From Pelobacteraceae bacterium (GTDB lineage Bacteria > Desulfobacterota > Desulfuromonadia > Geobacterales > Pseudopelobacteraceae): DNA of 64,000 nucleotides. Position numbers and translations under genes: made by a program. Below, piece after piece: positions 48,222-56,535 of this stretch. Below the pieces are notes generated by a model. It saw only the letters and a list, made by a program, of their open reading frames with translations, was not told where the DNA came from and did not search any database. The stretch spans positions 8,666-72,665 of the forward strand of contig JBAYTT010000001.1 in assembly GCA_041675485.1 (NCBI GenBank), read 5' to 3'. Position 1 is the first letter of the stretch. Each line of letters starts with the position of its first letter.

Positions 48222-48254
48222 AAAAAAAGCCGCATCTTTCGATGCGGCTTTTTT
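48222..48254 (-). terminator. intrinsic terminator of the Lys/Ala-rich protein gene
   Basis: AGCCGCATCGAAAGATGCGGCT followed by TTTTTTT on the minus strand. Confidence 0.75.
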
Positions 48255-48274
48255 CAGCGTTCGCTAAAAGCGAA

Positions 48275-48538
48275 TTACTTTGCTTTAGGAGCTTCTGCAG
48301 GTGCAGCAGGAGCAGCTGCCTCTTCTTTTTTCTTGTCTGCTTTTTTAGCTTTCTTTGCTTTCTTTGCTTTCTTAGCAGGCTTAGCAGGCTTAGCGTCTTT
48401 CTTTGCATCAGCAGCAGGAGCAGCAACGTCAGCACCAGCAGCAGGAGCAGCAGGCTTTGCAGCATCAGCAGCGAAAACAACAGCAGAGAAAGAAACAGCT
48501 ACGAGGGCGGCTACGATTGTGGACAGAACTTTTTTCAT
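48275..48538 (-). CDS. small secreted Lys/Ala/Pro-rich low-complexity protein
   Basis: GGAGG RBS; MKKVLSTIVAALVAVSFSAVVFA signal peptide, then AAKPAAPAAG...KPAKPAKKAKKAKKAKKADKKKEE.... Confidence 0.6.
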   Translation of the reverse strand: MKKVLSTIVAALVAVSFSAVVFAADAAKPAAPAAGADVAAPAADAKKDAKPAKPAKKAKKAKKAKKADKKKEEAAAPAAPAEAPKAK

Positions 48539-48576
48539 TTGTACTACCTCCAAAGGGAATGTGTTTGATTAAACTT

Positions 48577-48592
48577 TGCAGGTGCCGTGCCA
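48577..48592 (-). promoter_or_regulatory. sigma-54 (-24/-12) promoter TGGCACGGCACCTGCA
   Basis: Matches TGGCACG-N4-TTGCW, with GG and GC at the canonical 12-nt spacing. It lies 39 nt upstream of the ATG at 48538. Confidence 0.6.
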
Positions 48593-48737
48593 GAAAAAGT
48601 GTTTATCACAACTATCAGTTATTTATACAAATTATGTAAATATGTCCCTTATTTATCCCGTCATGACTACCTCATACACAACATACGTTACCTTATATGC
48701 GGTATATTTTTGAAAGAGAGTACTTGGCCGACAGGTT

Positions 48738-49751
48738 TCAAAATTGACTATAATAGGTACGATACCAGTCAACAAATCGAGCAATTCCATCTTCGATGCT
48801 CGTGTTTGGGCTGAATCCTACCGCATCCGCCAAATCAGCTACATCGGCATACGTTACGAGCACTTCTCCCGGCTGTATCGGGAGAAGATTTTTTTCAGCT
48901 TTTTTTCCAAGGCACGCTTCCATAATCTCAATAAAACGGCCAAGCTCAACCGGTTGGTGGTTGCCGATATTATAAATTCGATATGGCGCGGAACTCGTAC
49001 CCGGATCAGGCATTTCAGCGTTCCAGGAAGGATCTGGACTCGGGATATGTTCCATCACCCGAACGACTCCCTCGATAATGTCATCAATGTAGGTGAAGTC
49101 TCGCTGCATCCGGCCATGGTTGAATACATCGATAGGTCGTCCTTCCAGAATCGCTTTGGTAAAGGAAAAATAGGCCATGTCGGGACGTCCCCACGGGCCG
49201 TAGGCCGTAAAAAATCTCAAGCCGGTAACTGGAAGGGCAAACAGGTGCGAATAGGTATGCGCCATCAGTTCATTGGACTTTTTGGTGGCGGCATAGAGAG
49301 AAACCGGATGATCAACGGGATGATGCTCTGAAAACGGCACCGTGGTATTGGCACCATACACTGAACTTGACGAAGCATAGACAAGATGCTTGACGTTCGT
49401 CTGTCGGCACCCCTCCAGAATATTCAGGAAACCGCAAATATTGCTGTCGATATAAGCGTGCGGGTTCTGGAGCGAATAGCGGACTCCTGCCTGAGCGGCA
49501 AGATTAATAACATAGTCGAACTGTCCGTCCTGAAACAGGCTTTCTACGCATGATCGATCCTCCAACGCACCACGAACAAAAGTAAACCCTTCCAAACCTT
49601 CCAGAATAGCGAGGCGATCCTCTTTAAGGGAAACCTCGTAATAGTCATTCAGGTTGTCGAATCCGGTAACCTGGTGCCCATTCAGCAACAAACGCTGCAC
49701 AAGGTGAAAACCGATAAATCCGGCAGCGCCGGTAACAAGGATCCTGCTCAT
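48738..49751 (-). CDS. NAD-dependent nucleotide-sugar epimerase (UDP-glucuronate 4-epimerase-like)
   Basis: [22 protein letters not shown] and YAATK motifs of extended SDR epimerases. Confidence 0.92.
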   Translation of the reverse strand: MSRILVTGAAGFIGFHLVQRLLLNGHQVTGFDNLNDYYEVSLKEDRLAILEGLEGFTFVRGALEDRSCVESLFQDGQFDYVINLAAQAGVRYSLQNPHAYIDSNICGFLNILEGCRQTNVKHLVYASSSSVYGANTTVPFSEHHPVDHPVSLYAATKKSNELMAHTYSHLFALPVTGLRFFTAYGPWGRPDMAYFSFTKAILEGRPIDVFNHGRMQRDFTYIDDIIEGVVRVMEHIPSPDPSWNAEMPDPGTSSAPYRIYNIGNHQPVELGRFIEIMEACLGKKAEKNLLPIQPGEVLVTYADVADLADAVGFSPNTSIEDGIARFVDWYRTYYSQF

Positions 49752-49811
49752 GCCGCTTTCCTTTCCAGGCTACGGGACAGAATAAAATGCATAACGAACG
49801 TATTCCGCTTT

Positions 49812-49900
49812 CTCCAACGGGAGATCGCCGTAATCATCGGATTACTTCGAGCGAAGAGGCAATATAATCCAAGAATTATCAAATCTCCAGATTATATTCC
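49812..49900 (+). pseudogene. decayed fragment of an XRE-type HTH gene, paralogous to 54457-54918
   Basis: 25-nt perfect match (49860-49884 = 54658-54682) within a longer imperfect match. It translates as LQREIAVIIG...QYNPRIIKSPDYIPF versus LQREVAEIIG...QYNPRIIKFLGYIPF, with an internal deletion and no start codon. Confidence 0.45.
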
Positions 49901-50067
49901 ATTTTCCGAACGGTGCGCTCAAGTCGTTGAAGACGTTCCGGAAAGGATGCGACCACCATCAGAAAGGTTATTAACTCAGAAATAGTAAAGACGGCCATGT
50001 GGCCGTCTTTACATTCAATTTAAGTATTACAGGAAACTATTGGCTTTAACGCTCTGGTAAAACCGGA

Positions 50068-50553
50068 CTATGGCTTGGGGTGTTGGACCGGCGGGCTGGC
50101 ATTGGTGCCAAGGCGAGCCTTGCGGTTCTCCTGGATCCTTTTCTGCTTGTTGGCCTTAATTTCCTTACTAACCAGATTATGCTTCTCAATCTGCTCCGGA
50201 GTCATAACGGCCTGCATTTTGGCAATCGTTTCCGTGCGTAACACTTCGACTTTTGCCTGGATCTGTTTTGGACTGAGATTATCGTCTTTCCTGATCTCCA
50301 GCAACTGGGCGTATTCGTCTTTAAGCATCGGCCTGATCTGCTTCTGCTGCTCGGCAGTCAGCTTCAAACCCTTGGACAGACGCTTCAACTGCACCTCCGG
50401 TGCCGGCAACATTTTTTCACTCGCGCTCCTCTTCTTTACCTGTTGCGCTACGGTCTTCTCTTTGACTGCCTGCACGTCTGTCTCGGCCATGGCTACGGAA
50501 ACGATACTCCATGTCACGACTGCTACCAAAAGCACTGCCAGTTTCTTTTTCAT
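50068..50553 (-). CDS. periplasmic Spy/CpxP-family (LTXXQ motif) protein
   Basis: Signal peptide MKKKLAVLLVAVVTWSIVSVAMA, LTAEQQ and MTPEQ motifs; GGGAGG RBS before the ATG at 50553. Confidence 0.7.
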   Translation of the reverse strand: MKKKLAVLLVAVVTWSIVSVAMAETDVQAVKEKTVAQQVKKRSASEKMLPAPEVQLKRLSKGLKLTAEQQKQIRPMLKDEYAQLLEIRKDDNLSPKQIQAKVEVLRTETIAKMQAVMTPEQIEKHNLVSKEIKANKQKRIQENRKARLGTNASPPVQHPKP

Positions 50554-50889
50554 ACACACCTCCCTTTTTATGATAACCAGCTGATTCTGCACACCGCATC
50601 GGCACTACTCTCATAATTAGTTATAGTTTTTACTCTTTCTTTGAGCCGTGCGCAACGCAACAATGATTCTTCTTTCAGTACGGCATTCGCTGAGTACCGT
50701 TTAGTGATAAATTATTACTCCCTTTTTGAATTTTACAAGCCCCGTCAAAAAAACGCCGATAATTTATCAGATTGTGAAAATAATTCCTGATCGGCCTAGC
50801 CAAGGCGCCCGGTATAAATCATAAAACGAACCACCGTCTTTTGAAGGCAACCACCCCGGAATCTCACCGAGCAGCGTATTATTGAACGT

Positions 50890-51390
50890 TTATCCCTTTT
50901 CCAGCAGTCCATAGCCGAAAACCTTGTACTTCTCCAGCTTCTGTTTGGCTTTTTCAGAAGCTTTAAGCGTTCCGGAATTTATCCGCCTCAGAGCATCTTC
51001 AGTGATCGAAAGGAACTTCACGTAATCATCCTGATTAAAAGCTTTTTTTGCTTCGCTTATATACACCCTGACTGTTTTGAAGTGATAGTTTTTATGGGGT
51101 ATCGCAAGCCGGGGCTGGAGCTTCAGCTGTTCTTTTACCTGCTCCACAGGTTGTGGCGCCGGTATGGGTAGGGTGGGGGAAGAAAGCGGATTGGAATTAT
51201 CCATCCGGGATGCGGGGTTGTATATGGTGGAAGCCGGATTTTTGATGTCTGTTGCCGGGTTATAGATCTTGTTAGCAGGGTTGTCAATCTTGTCGGCCGG
51301 GTTATCAATCGTATAAATTGCCGACAGTGCTGATGTATATAAACCTAGCAGTATTGCCGCAATTCCGGTTAACGATCTTATCAGAGTCAT
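50890..51390 (-). CDS. secreted protein with six tandem heptad I-x-N-P-A-x-x repeats
   Basis: GGAGGGGG RBS; MTLIRSLTGIAAILLGLYTSALSA signal peptide; IDNPADK IDNPANK IYNPATD IKNPAST IYNPASR MDNSNPL. Confidence 0.6.
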   Translation of the reverse strand: MTLIRSLTGIAAILLGLYTSALSAIYTIDNPADKIDNPANKIYNPATDIKNPASTIYNPASRMDNSNPLSSPTLPIPAPQPVEQVKEQLKLQPRLAIPHKNYHFKTVRVYISEAKKAFNQDDYVKFLSITEDALRRINSGTLKASEKAKQKLEKYKVFGYGLLEKG

Positions 51391-51424
51391 TCCCCCTCCG
51401 ATCACACTTCAAAATTTTAGTGCG

Positions 51425-52048
51425 TTAGCCGCATACTTTGTCCGGCAGCGCATCGATCAATTCAACCAGACTGGTAACAGAAATGTCGGCCAACTCCGGC
51501 CAACGGAACGCGCTACTGTTGTCCACATGAATGGTCGCAGTGCCGGCGGCGCGTCCCACCTGCAGGTCAAACAGGTAGTCCCCCACCATCACCGTTTCAT
51601 CGGGATTACTTCCCCAGCCGGTGAGGAGCTTCTCGATCCCCTCGGGATGCGGCTTGGGAGCAGCGTCTCCTCGTCCGAGGACGTCTTCGGAGGTGAAATA
51701 GCCCTTAAGACCTATCTGGCCAAGGGTATGGAGAGCAATTTCCCGCGTATTGCGGGTAAGAATTCCGACGCGGGCGCCGCGCCGGAACAACTGATCGAGC
51801 AGCCTCTCTGCTCCGGGAGCTGCAGCTGTCCTGCCAGCCAGTTCATACTCGATCTCGATCAACCGCGCGTGCCGCGCCTCGGATTCAAAGAACGGCAGGG
51901 AAGCAATGAACTGTAGAATATCGGTATCAGCCTCAGCCATCCCGAGCGCACTCCGGATAGCGGGAAAATTATGAACCGGAATGGTCAAGGTTCCGTCCAG
52001 GTCAAAAATCCAGCAACGACGGGCGAGGATGTGTTGATGAGTAGTCAT
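51425..52048 (-). CDS. HAD-superfamily hydrolase (phosphoglycolate phosphatase-like)
   Basis: FDLDGTLT motif I, ILTRN motif II, VGDYLFDLQ motif IV. The 349-aa ORF-track version is an upstream extension. Confidence 0.85.
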   Translation of the reverse strand: MTTHQHILARRCWIFDLDGTLTIPVHNFPAIRSALGMAEADTDILQFIASLPFFESEARHARLIEIEYELAGRTAAAPGAERLLDQLFRRGARVGILTRNTREIALHTLGQIGLKGYFTSEDVLGRGDAAPKPHPEGIEKLLTGWGSNPDETVMVGDYLFDLQVGRAAGTATIHVDNSSAFRWPELADISVTSLVELIDALPDKVCG

Positions 52049-52202
52049 GTCTGAAGAATACCTTTTTTCAGCCATTACGGCAACGTCCGACTCTACTGCG
52101 TCAGGGGAAATTTGTTTCGCTTCAATAGTGGCGGGAATTAATATAGAATCGGCAGCGGCAAGCGGAAGGTGAACTGTTTTTGGAAAAAGGAACTTGGAAA
52201 AC

Positions 52203-52538
52203 ATGGCATTACCTGAAACAGAACTGCAGCGGGTTGACACACTGCTGGGAAACCTTTGTGAGCAACGGAACATTCCGGACCAGGTCAAGTTGCAACTTGA
52301 CATCAAGGGCAACAGAGTCGTCCTGACCGAGTCCCGCCCGCTCTTCATAGATCCCGGCATCTGGAATGAAATCAAAATCGCCCAGTTTGAATACAGCCCT
52401 GAATCACTAAACTGGACATTGTACTGGTATGACAGAAAGAACAGGCGCCAGCCGTATCCCACCGGGAGAAACAAGGATACGCTTGAGAAATTGGTACGCG
52501 AAGTTGATTCGGACCCGACAGGAATATTTTGGGAATGA
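52203..52538 (+). CDS. DUF3024-like hypothetical protein
   Basis: WNEIKIAQFEY...WTLYWYDRKNRRQPY...DSDPTGIFW resembles that family as I recall it. Confidence 0.55.
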   Translation: MALPETELQRVDTLLGNLCEQRNIPDQVKLQLDIKGNRVVLTESRPLFIDPGIWNEIKIAQFEYSPESLNWTLYWYDRKNRRQPYPTGRNKDTLEKLVREVDSDPTGIFWE

Positions 52539-52583
52539 GGGGAACGTAATAACTATAATAGAACTTTCGTAATAAATTTTTCG

Positions 52584-53888
52584 TTATTTGAGCAGATCCT
52601 TTACCTTCTCCACCATCTCTTCCTGGGTCAACAACTCCAGCACTTTCTGCCCCAAACCGGCTCCATTTCTACGATAGATATCGAAACGGGGAACCCTGCC
52701 GCCGCCGTCATCAGCGGCAACAAGTCGTGCAGCAACTATCCCGACATCGGCCAATTGCGGCTGGGTACAGGAGTTGGGGCATCCGCACAGGGCCAAAGTC
52801 AGTTCGCTCGCACGGTTCCCGGCAGCCGCCAGAATATCCGCGGCAACATCACGGGTTGCGGCCAATCCCATCCGGCACTCATGATTGCCGGGGCAGACCC
52901 GCACGGTGACACAGGACTCCTCGGAGGCAGAGAAGCCGGCCTGCTCCCAAAGCTTCTCAGCAGCCTCCGGGTGATGCACTCCCTCTGCCAGCAGAAAAGC
53001 AATGTCCTGGTTGGTGGTCACCATCAGGACGTTGTCAGCGCAGGCATCGGCAAAATCCGCAAGACGATGCAGCTGGTTCGAGGCAAGATTGCCGGCAAAG
53101 AGCGGCACTTCGAGGCGCTGGCGTCCGCCAGGATGCGGCACCAGATGCGATGAAAGGCCGGAATATGGAGGAAGTTCTTCGCTGAAACCCGCTTCGGCCT
53201 TGATCAGCCGGACAAGTTCCTCCTGACCGAACTCTTGTGCCAGAAACTTGAGGCGCTTGGGGGGCGGAGCATGAGTAGCATAAACCGCCAGCACCGCTTC
53301 AATGATCGGAATAAGCCGTTCTTCCGCAACCGACTCGGCCAGCAGAAAACCGGGGCGCGGCTCACGCCCAAGCCCCCCGGCGATCCAGACGTCAAACCAG
53401 GCACGCCCATCCTCAACCTTCGCCAGCACCAGTCCGGCATCCTGAATCAGATGCCGTCCGCCAGATACGTCAGCCTCGATACCAATTTTGAATTTCTTCG
53501 GCAGCCGTTCAAAGCGCGGATTGCCGGTAAAGTGACAATGGAGACGCATTGCCACCGTTTCCAGCAGTGGAAAACCTTGCGCACGCTGGCTGCCGCAGGT
53601 AACACCGCGTACCGCTCCCCCGCAGGCCCCCCGCGAAGTCAAGCCGACCTGCGCCAGTTCCCGCTTGACCTCTTGAAGTACCTCTTCTGCAAGCCAGTGA
53701 ATCTCAATGCTGCCGCGGGAGGTCAGGTGAAGCGTTCCCCTGCCGAAGCGCTCGGCGACAGCAGCAACCGTACGAGCCTGTTGGGCGGATATCACTCCAG
53801 CTGCAAGCTTGACCCGTTGCATGAAAAAACCGCTCTGACGTTGCTGATAAATGCCGTCAAGGCGGTATTCCGATCCGGTTTGACTCAT
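52584..53888 (-). CDS. nitrite/sulfite reductase-family ferredoxin-like hemoprotein
   Basis: Two NIR_SIR-like halves; Cys cluster CPGNHEC...CGCPNSC typical of the sirohaem-[4Fe-4S] site. Confidence 0.78.
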   Translation of the reverse strand: MSQTGSEYRLDGIYQQRQSGFFMQRVKLAAGVISAQQARTVAAVAERFGRGTLHLTSRGSIEIHWLAEEVLQEVKRELAQVGLTSRGACGGAVRGVTCGSQRAQGFPLLETVAMRLHCHFTGNPRFERLPKKFKIGIEADVSGGRHLIQDAGLVLAKVEDGRAWFDVWIAGGLGREPRPGFLLAESVAEERLIPIIEAVLAVYATHAPPPKRLKFLAQEFGQEELVRLIKAEAGFSEELPPYSGLSSHLVPHPGGRQRLEVPLFAGNLASNQLHRLADFADACADNVLMVTTNQDIAFLLAEGVHHPEAAEKLWEQAGFSASEESCVTVRVCPGNHECRMGLAATRDVAADILAAAGNRASELTLALCGCPNSCTQPQLADVGIVAARLVAADDGGGRVPRFDIYRRNGAGLGQKVLELLTQEEMVEKVKDLLK

Positions 53889-53944
53889 TTCATGTTCCTT
53901 TGTAGTGCAAAGATTGAAGGGTGAGACAACTCATGGTTTTGTCT

Positions 53945-54433
53945 TCACCCTTGAGGTTTCCTGTCCAGGCTGCGATACTGAATCGCCTCGGCAATATGCT
54001 GCTCGTGAATTGTCTCGCTCCCGTCAAGATCGGCAATAGTGCGGGCTACCTTGAGAATGCGGGTATACGTGCGTGCCGAGAAACCAAGGCGATCGGTAAC
54101 CAGTTCCAGCATCCGGTTACCGCTTGCATCCAGCTCGCAATGCTTTTTGATGAAGCGTGGTGTCATCTGGGCATTGCAATGGATTTTAGTACCTTTATAC
54201 CGCTCCAGCTGAAGTTCCCGCGAACCTTCGACCCGACGGGCAATTGCTGCAGAGCTTTCTGCCTCGCCCCTATCGGCAAGATCGCGATATTTGACCGCCG
54301 GCACTTCGATGTGGATATCGATCCGGTCCAGCAATGGGCCGGAGATGCGGGACCGGTAACGGTGGATGGCAACGGGGGTACAGGTGCAGGGGTGGGTCGG
54401 GTCGGCCAGGTAGCCGCAGGGGCAGGGGTGTGT
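53945..54433 (-). pseudogene. comM: 3' fragment (C-terminal ~165 aa) of comM/yifB Mg-chelatase-like ATPase, truncated by insertion
   Basis: HPCPCGY...YRSRISGPLLDRIDIHIEVP...ILKVARTIADLDGSE...AEAIQYRSLDR is collinear with the C-terminus of YifB/ComM. The Lon-like and AAA+ N-terminal ~330 aa are absent upstream. Confidence 0.8.
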
Positions 54434-54456
54434 TAACCTTTCTCTACTATACTCAC

Positions 54457-54918
54457 TTGAAACGGCACTCGTTCTCAATTCAAATTCCCCTCGAAAAACA
54501 GCAGCTTCCCGGTTATCCCGAATTCCCCATCACAGTCGGTGAACACATCCGCAAGAAACGAATGGATCTTGGACTCCTCCAGAGAGAAGTCGCGGAGATC
54601 ATCGGCGTCACCGAATCCTCAGTCTGGAACTGGGAACATGGCACCGAACCAGAACTGCAATATAATCCAAGAATTATCAAATTTCTAGGTTATATTCCGT
54701 TCGACTGCCCGGATGGCACAGTGGGGCGGCTTGCATGGTATAAGAGAGCAATGGGAATGAACTATGATCTTCTTGGAGAGGCTATGGACCGTGATCCCGA
54801 ACAACTGTCAGATTGGTTGAGTGGCAGGCATAAACCGTTCAGGAAGAATCGGGAGAAGATCGAACTGTTCCTCGGAAGCCAAAAAATTATCTGCCAACCA
54901 GAGATTTCAACAGCCTGA
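54457..54918 (+). CDS. XRE-family helix-turn-helix regulator (two HTH-like halves)
   Basis: VGEHIRKKRMDLGLLQREVAEIIGVTESSVWNWEHG. The start is uncertain: the TTG at 54457 is the first plausible start upstream of helix 1, and the first ATG (54563) would delete helix 1. Confidence 0.55.
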   Translation: MKRHSFSIQIPLEKQQLPGYPEFPITVGEHIRKKRMDLGLLQREVAEIIGVTESSVWNWEHGTEPELQYNPRIIKFLGYIPFDCPDGTVGRLAWYKRAMGMNYDLLGEAMDRDPEQLSDWLSGRHKPFRKNREKIELFLGSQKIICQPEISTA

Positions 54919-54920
54919 TA

Positions 54921-55371
54921 GTGCAGTTTATAAACATTCTGAAACTTCATATACACAAATGGATTGACACGCCCATACCGGTACGACTGGTTAGCAAGTG
55001 GCGGACGGAGACATTGTTTCAGGCGGTTGAAGATTGCTTGCGTCGAGCTTGCTGTAATGAGGTTCTTTATTGTGGCACTAATCCCGAAAACATTGCCATA
55101 TTCACTGACGCGTCGCTATTCAGCCCATTGCGGAAGGAATATCTGCTCGCTGTCTGTGATAGCCTGGCGGCAGAAGCTGATACGAGATTTTTTAACTTGT
55201 GGCCGGTTGTCAGGAGATTATGTGGAGGGAGGCAGCATTGCCACACTATCCACTTACCTGATAATACCACAACACATAGCGTCGAGTCCGATGCCCAACC
55301 ATTTCCGAGATCTGCAGCAGGTAACGCAGGATCTCGTTTCGGCTGCTGATATCCCTTTTGAGGGTCATTGA
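54921..55371 (+). CDS. hypothetical protein, possibly frameshifted (ORFs 54921-55349 and 54964-55371 overlap)
   Basis: The 5' part looks coding in one frame and the 3' part in the next. The switch is plausible at the T6 run 55188-55193. Confidence 0.3.
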
Positions 55372-55529
55372 ATGCCCGACGGACTTGACCTCCTCGGCAT
55401 CTTTGCAGGGGTTAACGACCACCTTTTTAAAGTATTCTCCGATTTTGCGCTAATCTATGCTAAAGTCGCAAAAAGCTTATCTGATAAAATATAGGAACAC
55501 TATACTCTGCTTTTACTTTGGAGCCTGTC

Positions 55530-56513
55530 ATGGCTAGCGCTGAGCAACTAAAAGCCCTGCTAAAATCACATATCGATGGTGACGATGCCCATTTTTATGC
55601 AGTTGCAATGCAGGTTGCAGCCCATGAAGCTAAACTAGGGCATGCAAAAATAGCGCTTGAATTGCGTTCCCTCATTGACGAGGCTAAAACCCCAAAACAC
55701 CTTGTGAAGGACGGGAGGAAGGCCGTTCCAATAGCTCAGCCACGAGGGGAGCTCTCTTCGCTCTTATCAGTGTCATACCCCAAACTTCGGCTTTCAGACA
55801 TGATTCTGGATGATGGGGTCCAGGAACGACTCGTTAGGATCATTAAGGAACATCGGCAGATAGCTAAAATCCGGTCCTATGGGCTGGCTCCTCGAAAAAA
55901 ACTGCTTCTTGTTGGTCCTCCTGGTACAGGGAAAACGATGTCTGCGGCAGTCCTCGCCGGTGAATTGGGTCTTCCTCTCTTTGTTGTTCGCCTTGACAGC
56001 TTGATAACCAAATTCATGGGAGAAACAGCGGCCAAGTTACGGCTCATTTTTGACGCGATTAGTCAGTCAAGAGGAGTCTACCTGTTTGATGAATTCGATT
56101 CCATTGGATCGCAGAGAGGGCTGAGTAACGATGTCGGTGAAATCCGGCGAGTGCTGAACAGTTTTCTACAGCTGATCGAACAGGACGATTCAGATAGCCT
56201 ACTGCTGGCTGCAACCAATCACCCAGAAATTCTCGACTACGCTCTCTTTCGAAGATTTGATGATGTGGTCGAATATGGTTTGCCGGAACAGGAACAACTT
56301 GTCAAAGCTCTTCAGGCTAAGCTCGCTGTGTTTCAAAAATCAAAAATCGACTGGAATAAGCTTGCAGACTCAGCAGCTGGTCTCAGTTATGCCGATATTA
56401 CGAGGGCGTGTGAAGAAGCGATCAAGGAAGCTATTATTCATGACCGTCAAAAGGTAGTCACTGACGACATCTTAAAAAATCTATCCGAACGAAAAGCGAT
56501 TCGATCCAAATAA
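55530..56513 (+). CDS. AAA+ ATPase (classic-clade single AAA module), IetA-like
   Basis: Walker A LLLVGPPGTGKT, Walker B VYLFDEFDSIG, and a second region of homology ATNHPEILDYALFRRFD. Start set at the ATG at 55530. Confidence 0.9.
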   Translation: MASAEQLKALLKSHIDGDDAHFYAVAMQVAAHEAKLGHAKIALELRSLIDEAKTPKHLVKDGRKAVPIAQPRGELSSLLSVSYPKLRLSDMILDDGVQERLVRIIKEHRQIAKIRSYGLAPRKKLLLVGPPGTGKTMSAAVLAGELGLPLFVVRLDSLITKFMGETAAKLRLIFDAISQSRGVYLFDEFDSIGSQRGLSNDVGEIRRVLNSFLQLIEQDDSDSLLLAATNHPEILDYALFRRFDDVVEYGLPEQEQLVKALQAKLAVFQKSKIDWNKLADSAAGLSYADITRACEEAIKEAIIHDRQKVVTDDILKNLSERKAIRSK

Positions 56514-56535
56514 TCCTATAGGTTTATCAATATAC

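Noticed and set aside
48290-48480. Short tandem DNA repeats (GCTTTCTTT, AGCAGGCTT) and the 21-bp repeats at 51184-51309 as possible CRISPR or VNTR arrays.
   Set aside because: Both lie inside ORFs with signal peptides and correspond to amino-acid repeats (KKA/KPA and IxNPAxx). There are no spacers of unique sequence and no cas genes.
51425-52474. A 349-aa ORF suggesting a large N-terminal domain on the HAD hydrolase.
   Set aside because: The HAD core starts at MTTHQH...FDLDGT (52048). The upstream 140 codons look non-coding in composition and overlap the divergent DUF3024-like gene on the other strand.
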